A stretch of 64,000 nucleotides of DNA from Magallana gigas (lineage: Eukaryota), in contig NC_088855.1 of the NCBI RefSeq assembly GCF_963853765.1, forward strand, positions 34,782,001-34,846,000. The letters are read 5' to 3'. Each line of letters opens with the position of its first letter. Position 1 is the first letter of the stretch. The notes beneath the pieces are model-generated. The model did no database searches, was not told the origin of the DNA, and saw only the letters and a program-made list of their open reading frames with translations. Below, piece by piece: positions 13,685 to 25,096 of the stretch. Made by a program: the position numbers and the translations under genes.

Positions 13685-14514
13685 TATCTCCTTTGGTTTA
13701 ATGTCATCAAAAGGTCAACATTGAATTTTCATTTTACAATAACTTAGAAAATAGCCAAGCCATACGTGTACAATTCAGTAATATTTTCCAACAGTATAAC
13801 GTTACTGTCAAATATTATGGGACCAATATTATAAGTTCCCCTTCTGTTTTATACAGTTCCACGTTTGGCAAACACACAAAGATTATTTTGGTTATTGCAA
13901 TTTCTTTACACATGTTGGAACATTTTCCAACCGAGGTTTAAAATGCATAAAACTGAAAATATTTTGTTTTAATTTCTCCTCTGTTCTGCTCCGACATCCG
14001 TTCTGCTCTTTAACAAGAGTGTATATTTGCTAATTCGTGAAGATAAGAACTCAATTCTTAGGATAAAACTACAACTAACCTTAGTTATTAATTCATTTTT
14101 ATATTCCTATACTGCACCTAAAAATGGGTTCAATAAAAAAGAACATTAAGTTGAATCTAGAATATGAAAAATGTCTTGCCATTACATACATGTATCTGCA
14201 ATACACTACATCCTCAGTAAAGACCTTTAAATAAACTTGTACATCTGAAACCTATTTTTTTCTTCAAAGGATATATTAAATTGTCGCCCAAGGTGATCTC
14301 AAATAATCAACCATTTTCAACAAGACAAGAACAACTATGAAATCATTGGATTGAGATTGACAAATGTTCCCGATAATAAGGATTTGTCAATCGTATGCTG
14401 TGAAAGATCAACTATCTTTTAGTCTTATACTGATTTGAATTTCCAAATTTTAGATCAAACAGATATTAATAAAGTATTTGATCTACAACAATGGATCGAG
14501 TTGACTTACTTTTA

Positions 14515-14762
14515 GAACCATTTTAACAAGAACTTGGACTTTCAGTAGGACGAAGCTATCTAATTCTTGCGTCAAAACAAGTTAAAAATGACACAGTTTC
14601 AAGATAAATATGCACCGATTGCGTAGTCTTAGCTCAAAAGCCAGACAAATCTTGTTGATTTAGTGAGCAATGGCTGAGTGGCTGACAATGAAATAGACTA
14701 GCCTTCGTCACATTGCTGTTTACTACAACTACCCAAAGTCCAAGCTCTTGTTAAAATGGTTC
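14515..14762. mobile_element. Same MITE family, opposite orientation
   Basis: Same TIRs. The internal sequence is the reverse complement of 13465-13684 (gccagacaaatcttgttgattt versus aaatcaacaagatttgtctggc). Confidence 0.75.
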
Positions 14763-15542
14763 AATCTCCTCCGTAGCTCATATGAAGCCCGTAATATGGT
14801 CGTATTTACTTTGCCATGCAGCCTCCGAACGCATGAAATGGAAGGCAGTGGTTATGAATAGGGAGATTTCGATAGATTTCAGACTCGTTGTGCCTTAAAT
14901 TTTAATTTCTTTGGAAAGTTGCAAGCTTTTACCCGGAACACTTACTTTTTATCAATCGGAACATCGTTCGGCCTTTTCCATCAAGTCGAGTTAACGGAAA
15001 AGGCCGAGCAATGTTCCGATTGACTTTTTATACCTTTTCATATGATTAGATAATTTTGATAAATCGATATATTTAAGATTTTTCAGATAAATATAAGTCG
15101 AAAATGTTAGGAAACCAACAGGTTCACATGTACTATTACACCATGTAATGTAAACAGGATCTAAATCAAGATTCAATCTATTGAGTGCTGTATAAAAAAG
15201 AGAGAGAAAAGTTAGTGAAAATGTTTTCTTGACAGTACACCAGAGATAAATGAATTATATACTGATGAACACTCAAAGATTTCTGAAAAAAGACATTTCT
15301 TATAACATGTTATATGCGAGGAATTTGACCTTGTTCTTCAACATATAGCCACCATTGCATTCGGACAAGGCTTAAAAAAAAACAATGGTGTTTGATACTT
15401 GTAAAAGCCTTAAAGTACATATATTTCGTATCGTATTTGCTTTTCAATTTCATTTTGTAAATTTATTTTATAAAAGTTTCACATGGGAAGAAGCACATAC
15501 AAATAAAATTTCTGAGTAACTCAACGGAATATTGCAGGTTTT

Positions 15543-15855
15543 TCACAACTCGGCATTCAAATCAATGTTCATTGGAAAGAGAAAATCCTGCATGGCATAT
15601 TTCCAAGTCCACAACTTTGCCACTTTGTTAAACTGTTCTCTCTCGGTCAGGTACAACTTTCCAATCTCTGGTTCCATGCACACAAAACAGTAAGGGTCTG
15701 TCAACAGAGACTGTATAGAGATAAAAACTCTGGATATAGTCAGGGCCAGGCTCCAGTTATGATGAATGGAATCCAGTCCTACATCTCCATGTCTGCTGAT
15801 ATTAGGGTGAAATATTTTGGTGATGAATCTCACTTTTGGTGGTCTCATAGGATAG
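15543..15855 (-). pseudogene. Duplicated terminal exon of the Morgue-like gene (orphan, frame intact)
   Basis: Near-identical to 27211-27523, with the acceptor retained and 3 aa changes. Homology stops at about 16125 versus about 27793, inside the intron, so the upstream exons are absent. Confidence 0.85.
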
Positions 15856-16125
15856 CTGTAAATCACAATATACATGTAATAACAACCTATAGTACATGTA
15901 TTTCAATTTTCGTTTTCTTTATTAACACTTGATCAATTGATAGATAAAAATTAGAGTTGAACTGGATATTGAATTGTCATGGGATAACAGGAGCACTAAA
16001 TTTATTGAAATATGGCACATCATAAAATGTTCACTTTCTCAGAAAGCACCTCCAGATGAAAAAATATGTCAACATAAGTTTTGATTGATGTTTAAGAGGG
16101 CTGGATGGTTGGGGCCATTTTTAGG

Positions 16126-16380
16126 TACATGCTTGTGTACTGTTTCTTTAATATGGTACTGTAGGACCACATTGCGTGTCTATATTTGGTACCTAAGACG
16201 TCTTTGTTTAGCATTGATAAATTTGTCGATAACCGCTGGGATGTTGATGTCTTTTTCCCTGTCTATGTGAATCTTCGCTAGTGAAGAAGCCTGTCTGTTG
16301 TCATGGTTGACTACAGATGTATTTCTTCCCCTTTTTCCCAAATGATGTGCATGCTCAGGCATATAAGCATACATGGTAGC
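16126..16380 (-). mobile_element. Possible hAT transposase C-terminal remnant
   Basis: ASSLAKIHIDREKDINIPAVIDKFINAKQRRL resembles the RLSSLALLHIHRD...IDxF...RRL end of hAT/ZMYM-type transposases, judged from memory of the motif. Confidence 0.4.
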
Positions 16381-16784
16381 TACGCCACTTCTAAAATAAC
16401 GAAATACATGGAGTCTTAACTTATATGTGACAATTCTTTATATTTACTAAACATGTTTTATTAACACGCAACACACAATTCACTATTAGAAAGTTGGGTG
16501 GTCAAACAAGAACCCATCAAATCTACAGTAAAATTTCAAACCCGATTTTCTTAATTGTTCAAATGAAAGGAAAATACTCACAAACATCTGTTCTTTTTAT
16601 TTCACTTTCTAGAGTATTTTTATTATCCAAAATCTTATAAGCATTAATGATCTATTGCAGTGCATCTATTTTTTTTTTTTACATATCTGAAAGTACACAT
16701 GTGCCCTCATTTTGCAACACGGTTCCTGCTTAGTTATATCACACTTAACGCAAGTTAACACGAACATAATATTGCGAGCATCAG

Positions 16785-16849
<65 letters not shown>

Positions 16850-17438
16850 ATCGTTTTATAAAGCAATTAGAATTAGGAATCTAGTGTTTGATGGAATTAG
16901 TATTTCATATATAAAAAATGGATGGGCAAAATAACTATTGAATTCGTGCAACTATGAAGCATCATGAGATGTCTCCTAAGAGGATTAAGGCTAGCGTTTA
17001 ATAACTTGATATTCAGCCCTTTTGTGGACTTTAAACAAGTGGTTGTGTGACACGCTACTGAAAATCATCACAACTTAAATTTATTTTGAATAGAAAAGAT
17101 TGTTGAAATTTTCTTTGTAGAAATATTTCTTAATAAATATGAATATCATGTTTTGCTATTGATCCTTTTCTTGGTTCTTTACAGTTTGCTAAATTCATAA
17201 CTTGCAAACCCAATTTGCATACAAGAAACGAAACCAAAAAAAAACCCCATAACATACCTTGATAAGTATTGTTATGTGACTGATTTTGCATGTGGCATAA
17301 GAAACATCCTTGTATCTGTTAATATGAACAAAATTTATTGCATTGGTCTACATGAAACTTGTATCCCCCCCCCCCCGATTTTTGAAAGTTCAGAAACTAA
17401 ATACAGACATATAAGTTGAACACTTAACTTTAAGTATG

Positions 17439-17443
<5 letters not shown>

Positions 17444-17520
<77 letters not shown>
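17444..17520. repeat. (TA)n microsatellite at the promoter of lectin copy 4
   Basis: Visible. It occupies the position of tatataaata in copy 3 (about 10644-10653). Confidence 0.95.
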
Positions 17521-17523
<3 letters not shown>

Positions 17524-17589
17524 CAGAAACATTCAGATGGATTTATTAACAGGATTTTTTGTATTGTGATGCGCGTCAAAATCAAAACG

Positions 17590-19998
17590 ATGAAAAAGTT
17601 GATTCTGTTTCAGTTACTATATGGCTTGTTCAACTATTGTTCAGCACAAACTGTGTACCCAAACGTGTGCATGGACATTCCTACTAATGTGAACAGACTT
17701 GTTCGAAATATATTTCTCGAAAGATTTATCGAGTTTAAAAAAGACATAGCAAAAATAACGGCAGCTCAAAATCAAGAATGGTCAGATGATTTCAAAGGGA
17801 TAAAAAATACTATAAATGCATTAGATGAAGATCAACAACGAACAATAAACTCAGTTACAGAGCTTAGAAGAGAATTGTCAAATCACGTATCCAGAACTGA
17901 ATCTTTGGTGCATGGAAACAGAGCGATGTTCTTGGATAAAATGACAAATCTATCAAACGCAATTGATGACAGAGAACAACGATTCAAACAAATGGATACA
18001 GAAGTGATCTCATTACAGGACAAATACACAGACCAGAAAGACAATATAACAGAACTGAGAGATACATTGAAGATACTGTTAAGCGAGCAAGAGTGGATGG
18101 TTACTAACGCTTCAGAGCTGCACGGTAAAATGCAGGAAATGCGTGATGCGACCTCGGTCATACATCAACAAATTTCTGTACAACTTAATCACTCAGAAGA
18201 TAATCTTAAAAGGGTTTTTGTTGAAAGTTTGCAAAACGTAACCAAAGAGTATTCTGAAAACCTCCAAAACATGAAGCAAAATGTAACGAGCTTATTTGAA
18301 GTAGTTTTTAAACAAGCAGATGCTGCTGTATCTTTGAAAGGTAAAGCATATGTTTAGTCTCTTAATCTTATAAAATTTCAAAGAAATGTCAAATAAAGGT
18401 ACATTGTATAAACATATATTCATATGCTAATCCAAATATTGACGTCATGAATGTATTTATATGAATAAGGAATTTGTGATGCCGCAAGATCCTGCTTATT
18501 CGATTTAAAAAAATCTTCGTAGTAAATAAAACTGCTTTGCAATCAAAAAGAAAAGACGTCTGATCCAAAGAATATTCATCCAGAGTATTTTTTTTCTCCC
18601 GGACTGACATCTGACTTTCTTATTTAAATAAAAAGCGAAAGTTAATATTGTTTAATGTTTTGAGTATTTGATCCTTGCAAGCGACCCATTAGTTAACTAC
18701 ATGTACGTGAAAGTACTGATTTTCTCTTTTACTTTATCTTGCATGTACTTCATTTTAAATTTTTGTACTCTTAGAGGAAATTAGAAAAAATGCGTTAATG
18801 ATTGAGCGCCTTCAGGTTGAAATTAGTGAACTGAAAGAAAACATCAGTTTATCAAAAGGTAATTATACGTTTATTTTCATTTTTTTTATGTAGAAAAATG
18901 AACATCAGTGCAAACCTGATTTTGAAAGTTTGGAAAGCCAAGTGGCTTGATTATCTGAATAAAAATGTATACAATTGGACTTCTTTAAATTTGACGTGAC
19001 CTATTCATCATTAGACCTAATTTCCTTTAAAAGATGTAATAAAATGTGAAAATAAAAAGAATTGATAATTTGATTTCTACAGTGTACGTTGTGTGATGTC
19101 AGTGTCATAGTGTAAAATTTAAAAATACTGGGTTTGTGGCAATACAGAATTTACAATATGGCAGTAGGCACATAGCATTGGTTTTTTCAATAGTAAAGGG
19201 GCCAGAATTACCCAAAGCATCTTGATACTGGAAAAAAGGTAGAAAGACTTGACCCTGTTACTACAATGTACATGTCAGTAAATTTCAGGTCATTTTCTCT
19301 ATCTTACATGTATATGTTCGTCCATTTCTTGTATGTTTTATTTCTTGTACATCTGTGTATAATTTTAGACACGCCCCCTACACGAGTCACGTGTCCTGCT
19401 GGATGGAGCATGTTTGGGACTTCCTGTTACACTATTTTTCAACAGCAACTGTCATGGAGGAACGCCTCGGTAACTACCTTCTCGGCCCCCTGACTTTCGA
19501 AAATTATGAAATTGTAGACAGTTTAATGGAGTTTCAAAACTGTATATAGATTTTAAAAGTAATACTGTGGCATTTATTTTTTGTTTATCATTTAAGATGA
19601 AGTGCTTGACAAACGGTTCGAAATTGAAAGTAGGGCGGAGAATGACTTTTTAAAATCTAGCCTGATAAAGGATGAAGGTTTGATTCATTGTAAAATTTCA
19701 AACACTGGTCAAAATCAAATGCAATTAAGCCATGTATGTTTGTTTGTTTTAAATGTAATTTATCTTTTATTTTATAGCTATTTACTGGACAGGAGGTAAG
19801 GATGACATCACTGAGGGTCAATGGGTGTGGGTATCGTCAGGAACCACCTTTGGTTTCTCGGACTGGAACACGGCAGAACCCAATAATGCTGGTGGGGAGG
19901 ATTGTATGGAGATATCTAAACACAGAAAACGCAAAAAATCTTGGAATGATAACTCTTGCGAAAAATCATTGAAATTTATTTGTGAGAAAGTTTTATAA
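17590..19998 (+). pseudogene. Coiled-coil C-type lectin copy 4, frameshifted in the CTLD
   Basis: Exons 17590-18340, 18775-18858, 19369-19469, 19597-about 19677, 19778-19998. Exon 4 lacks 10 nt (AAAACTTGTC) relative to copies 3 and 5, giving TAA at 19651-19653. Confidence 0.85.
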
Positions 19999-21300
19999 AA
20001 CTCAGAAATCTAGAAGCAACAGCCATTTGCTATCTAGTACTAGTATCCAGATGGATAAACGGTTACACGCGTGATCTTGTAAGCGACTGTACATAGCTAA
20101 AACTTTGAATGAAGATTATCTTCTGTCAATATATTTTGATGTTTTTGGTCTTTGAAAAAAAATATTATTTTAAAGAAAGACAAACAACTGTATTAAATAC
20201 TCATCATCTTATTTAGAGATTTAGTATGATTCTATCAATGTGAATGAGAAAAATATACAAAATTGAAGAAAAAAAACAGATTTCAAATACTACGCAAAAC
20301 AGGTGTTCTTTCTAACAATTTATTCCATGATTATGTTAAGTAATAATAAATAATGTACATAGAGATGTATAGTACAAATTACAGAACTACGAGCCTCCTT
20401 TTGTTTCAATTTAATCAGAAAGTTAACACGTATTTCAGTATTAAGGTAACTCGAATGATTTTCAAACCATAAGTTAACTAGTATACCTGATGATATTCTG
20501 CGCAAGCCCGGGAATTAACAATTTACACCTTATTATGATACAATGCTTAATATGTTGAAAGATAGTGTTTTCTTCATTTCTTTTTTAAATACATGTATAC
20601 TGTGTCCAATTTCTTTCTTTATTACTTTCCTAACCTATTCTTTAAAATAAAAAAAATCCATGCATCTGCATGACTTGATTTTTACAAGAGCGGGCAGGGA
20701 TGAATTATACAGAAATGGATGATAAATACATGTACGTGGCCTTAAATCTTTTTATTGCAGCTGACTGGGGAAAATAGCAAAATTTTTAATCTAAAACCAG
20801 TGCGTCGTAAATGTATCTCTAAATTTTGTTCTTTATGTCAAACTTCACTATAATTTATCCCCCACACACACACAATTCACCATCATCTTTTTACGCATAC
20901 AACATTGAAGCCCCCTTCACAATTGGCGCACGAACACATTGCAACACTTTGTGATAGGAATTTATAAGCGTCACACCACCTCTCTTATACGTTGCACGAA
21001 CTTTCGCATTCTTTGCATACGTTTTCGAGGTCGCGTCAAGTCTCCTCACAATAGTGAACATGCACACTATTCAGACGCGACCAAATGCGATTCAAATTAT
21101 TGTCGTGCAACGTAAGAACATAAGTGCGAACGTTTTACAACGTTTTATGTATTCGCAAAAGTGATGCACGATTCTTAAAGGTTGAAAGATAAGTTGCAGC
21201 TGTTAATTAGTGTGTTTTGCTACCATATGAGGATGTTGCTCAACGTGTCTTATGTAAACTAATATATATACACTGTATAATCATATCTGTTTCACACCAC

Positions 21301-22884
21301 AATATATTTTCTTTCGTTTGAACGTAGTGATTTAGATTGAAAATATTTTTTTGTGGTAATGATGAATATTCATGAGGTAGGCGGGGTTCGAAAGTGATCA
21401 CGGGTAGAGTATGTTCGAGTAGTTTTCATTCTGACGATTCTGGATGGCACGAGAAAGTTGCTCTAGGTATCCATTGCCGATGTCTTGGCGGAGCTTAATT
21501 CTCAAAAAGAAGACATTTAAGAGTATGTGAACAACAAATTATCTACTTTAAGACAGGAGATCCAAGGTGCAAATATTTGTAAGTTCTGAATTGAAGAAAT
21601 TCAAGGGTGAAAGCGAAATATCTTGGAAGTCTAAAGGGAACAAAATCCAGTACGTTTTCAACGCAGAGGTTCAGGAGTGCTGGTTTTTAAGAAGCAATGA
21701 GCTTTTGAACATAAGATGTTCAGATGTGAAATTTGAGGAAAGTCATATGACAATTTTTATTGAGAGAAGTAAAACTGATATTTACAGAAACTGGCAATGG
21801 GTGGTGATTGCTAGAACTGTAAGTGAAATGTGTCCTGTAAAAAAGGACTATGTTCGGTATGGTCAAATATCTGCCCCCGATTTCAACCAATTTTTAAATA
21901 GTATCGTATAAAAATAAAATCTTCACAAATCATTGAATAGAGGATGCCTTTAACTTTAATCTTGATGTTACTCATCATTGCTAATTCGGTGTTTATCAAT
22001 GACGTAACCTAAATGACCTAATTCCCGCAAATGTGCAAACATATGAAAATATTCTCATTTTTGCTCTATATTTTGCATTCGGAAGTATAAAGTGCAGGTC
22101 TGCTCAAGTGCGATTTTAACATATATTTTTCATCAGATAATAATACACATTATACTAAAAAATGGTACTTGAGCAAGCCTGCGCTCGATGTTTTCCAGTC
22201 GAAAAATCATCGGAAAACACCCATATTTTGCCACAGAACATCAATTCCTCAAAATAATGCAATCTTTATGCCGTCATTTCAATATTATTATGACGTCACT
22301 GTGGCGATAACCTTTTACACCTTTATTTCCAATATGATTTTAACTATCTTTCACCTTATTTTTAAAGCTCTTTCTAAAACTTTGATTTTGGTGGCAAAAA
22401 ATGCATAAAACTGCACATAGTCCTTTAGAAATGTTTTTCAAATGGTGTGGATTTTCATCAAATTGTTCCGATTTCATTTTTCGTAACATGAGTAAGACTA
22501 AATCGGGGTATAAAGTTCGGAATGGAAATAAAGCTTTGACATATACAAGAATGAGAGAACTATTTATAGAAGCGTTTGAATGTTTTGTCCCCGATATTTG
22601 AAAATATGGTTTACATAGTCTAAGGGCAGGGGGTACTATTGTGTATGCTAATTCCGGTATACCCAATAGATTGTTTAAAAGACATGGAAGGTGGGCATCT
22701 GAAACTGTGAAGGATGGGTATATCAAAGACAAATTAAAATCAAGATTGTTTTAAATTTGGGATTGTAAACAATATGTATATCTTTCTTGCGTTCTGTATC
22801 GGACGTCAATGCACAAAATAATAAATACTATAGAAAAATGGAGTGTTAATGTTATGTTTTATTCGAGATGGAAGTACATAAGAA
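21301..22884 (+). mobile_element. Internally deleted tyrosine-recombinase retroelement (DIRS/Ngaro-like) remnant
   Basis: It interrupts a block that is contiguous at 8460-8500. It carries FLRSNELLNIRCSDV..SKTDIYR..CPVK and KYGLHSLRAGG..RLFKRHGRW..KDGY, the R, K, HxxR, H and Y catalytic motifs, with an in-frame stop at 22599-22601. The upstream WKSKGNKIQYVFNAEV segment looks gag-like (inference). Confidence 0.75.
21842..22426. mobile_element. MITE nested in the recombinase ORF
   Basis: 12-bp TIR aaaggactatgt / acatagtccttt. Removing it restores the frame CPVK-EMFFKWCG. Confidence 0.7.
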
Positions 22885-23320
22885 ATTAAATGACCTTAAA
22901 TTCTGCTTCACCAATACCTCCTCGCCGTCTGCTTTGGCTGTTGCTTTTGTCATTTTATATGGCGGCATCTTCACTTGCATATAACTGTGTCTACTGAGGA
23001 GCGTCGGAATCTGGAAGTTTATAAACTTTGCCGCAAAGTCCTGCTTATTCGATTTAAAAAATCTTCTTAGTAAATAAAACTGCTTTGCAATCAAATAGAA
23101 AAGACGTCTGATCCAAAGAATATTCATCCAGAATTTTTTCTCCCGGACTGACATCTGACTTTCTTATTAAAATAAAAAGCGAAAGTTAATATTTTTTTTA
23201 TTGTTTTGAGTATTTGATCCTTGCAAGCGACCCTTTAGTTAACTACATGTACGTAAAAGTACTGATTTTCTCTTTTACTTTATCTTGCATGTACTTCAAT
23301 TTAAATTTTGGTACTCTTAG

Positions 23321-24546
23321 AGGACATTCGAAAAAATGCGTTAATGATGGAGCGCCTTCAGGTTGAAATTAGTGAACTGAAAGAAAACATCAGTTTATCA
23401 AAAGGTAATTATACGTTTATTTTCATTTTTTATGTAGAAAAATGAGCATCAGTGCAAATCTGATTTTGAAAGTTTGGAAATATAAGAGGCTTGATTATCT
23501 GAATAAAAATTTACACAATTGGACTTCGTTAAATTTGACGTGACCTACTCATCATTAGACCTAATTTCCTTTAAAAGACGTAATAAAATGTGAGAATAAA
23601 AAGAATTGATATTTTGATTTCTATAGTGTATGCTGTGACATATCAGTGACATATTGTAAAATTAAAATGCACTGGGTGTGGCAATACAGAATATACAATA
23701 TGACAACAGGCACATAGCTTTGGTTTTTTCAATAGTAGATAGGCCAGACTTATCCAAAGCATATTAACACTCGAAAAAAAAGGTAGAAATATTTACTACA
23801 ATGTACATGTCAGTAAATTTCATGTCATTTTCTCTATCTTACATGTATATGTTCGTCCATTTCTTGTATGTTTTATTTCTTGTACATCTATGTATAATTT
23901 TAGACACGCCTTCTACACGAGTCACGTGTCCTGCTGGGTGGAGCATGTTTGGGACTTCCTGTTACACTATTTTTCATCAGCAGCTGTCATGGATGAACGC
24001 CTCGGTAACTAACCCCCCCCCCCCCCCCCCCCCACTAACGTCTGACTTTCAAAATTATGAAATTGTAGGCAGTTAAACGGAGTTTAAAAACTGTATATAT
24101 AGATTTTAAAGTAATATTGTGGCATTTATTTTTTGTTTATCTTTTAAGATGAAGTGCTTGACATATGGTTCAAAACTTGTCGAAATAGAAACTAAGGCGG
24201 AGAATGATTTTTTAAAATCGAGCCTGATAAAGGATGAAGGTTTGATTTCTTGTAAAATTTCAAACATTGATCGATCTCAAATAAAATTAAGCTACGTTTG
24301 TTTTCAAATATAATCTATTTTTTTATAGCTAATTACTGGACAGGAGGTAAGGATGACGTCACTGAAGGTCAATGGGTGTGGGTATCGTCAGGAACCACCT
24401 TTGATTTCTTGGACTGGAACACGGGAGAACCTAATGATGTTGGTGGGGAGGATTGTATGGAGATATCTAAACACAGAAACCGCAAAAAATCTTGGAATGA
24501 TAAGTCATGCAAAAGTTCATTAAATTTGATTTGTGAGAAATTTTAA
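23321..24546 (+). pseudogene. C-type lectin copy 5: exons 2-5 intact, promoter and exon 1 missing
   Basis: Exons 23321-23404, 23904-24004, 24149-24239, 24329-24546 are open and in frame, with EPN and WND. Homology begins in mid intron 1 at about 23027. Confidence 0.8.
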
Positions 24547-24872
24547 TAGAATTCAGACGCTTAAGACCAACAGCTATTTGCTATGTAATGCTAGTATCCA
24601 GATGGAATAACAGTAATTCATGTAATCTTGTAAGCGACTGTACATACCATAGCTGATGTAATCAACAGGTCAACGTGTTCTTTGTGTTTTTTGGTACTAA
24701 TGAGATTTAAGGAAGACCAAAAACCCACATATGGCAATATTCATCTTATTTGGTTCAATATGATAATATCAATGTCAAATGTTTCTCTGTGATTACAAAA
24801 ATATCCAGAAAACAGATTTCAAATACTAAGTACTAAGCAAGTCAGGTGTTTCTTCTTCAAACAAGGTTTGAA

Positions 24873-25096
24873 GAACCATTTTAACAAGAGCTTGGACTTT
24901 TGGTAGTTGTGTCAAACAGCATTGTGACGTAGGCATGTGTATTTCATCTCTTGTCATTCAGTCATGGCTCTTTGAAATCAACAAGATTTGTCTGGTTTTT
25001 GTTTCGCTTGAAACCAGCGTCATTTTAAACTTGTTTTGACGCAAGAAATAGATAGTTACAACCTACTGAAAGTCCAAGGCCTTGTTAAAATGGTTC
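24873..25096. mobile_element. MITE, duplicate of 13465-13684
   Basis: Same TIRs, inside the segmental duplication. Confidence 0.75.

Noticed and set aside
14991-15176. Duplicated ORF MNLD... (also 26661-26846)
   Set aside because: It repeats only because it lies in the segmental duplication. There are no protein features, and it is probably Morgue 3' UTR or flank.
22852-23154. ORFs sharing KMPP.KMTKATA.ADGEEVL (also 8389-8658)
   Set aside because: These are chimeric frames across duplication and deletion junctions, with no splice or family support.
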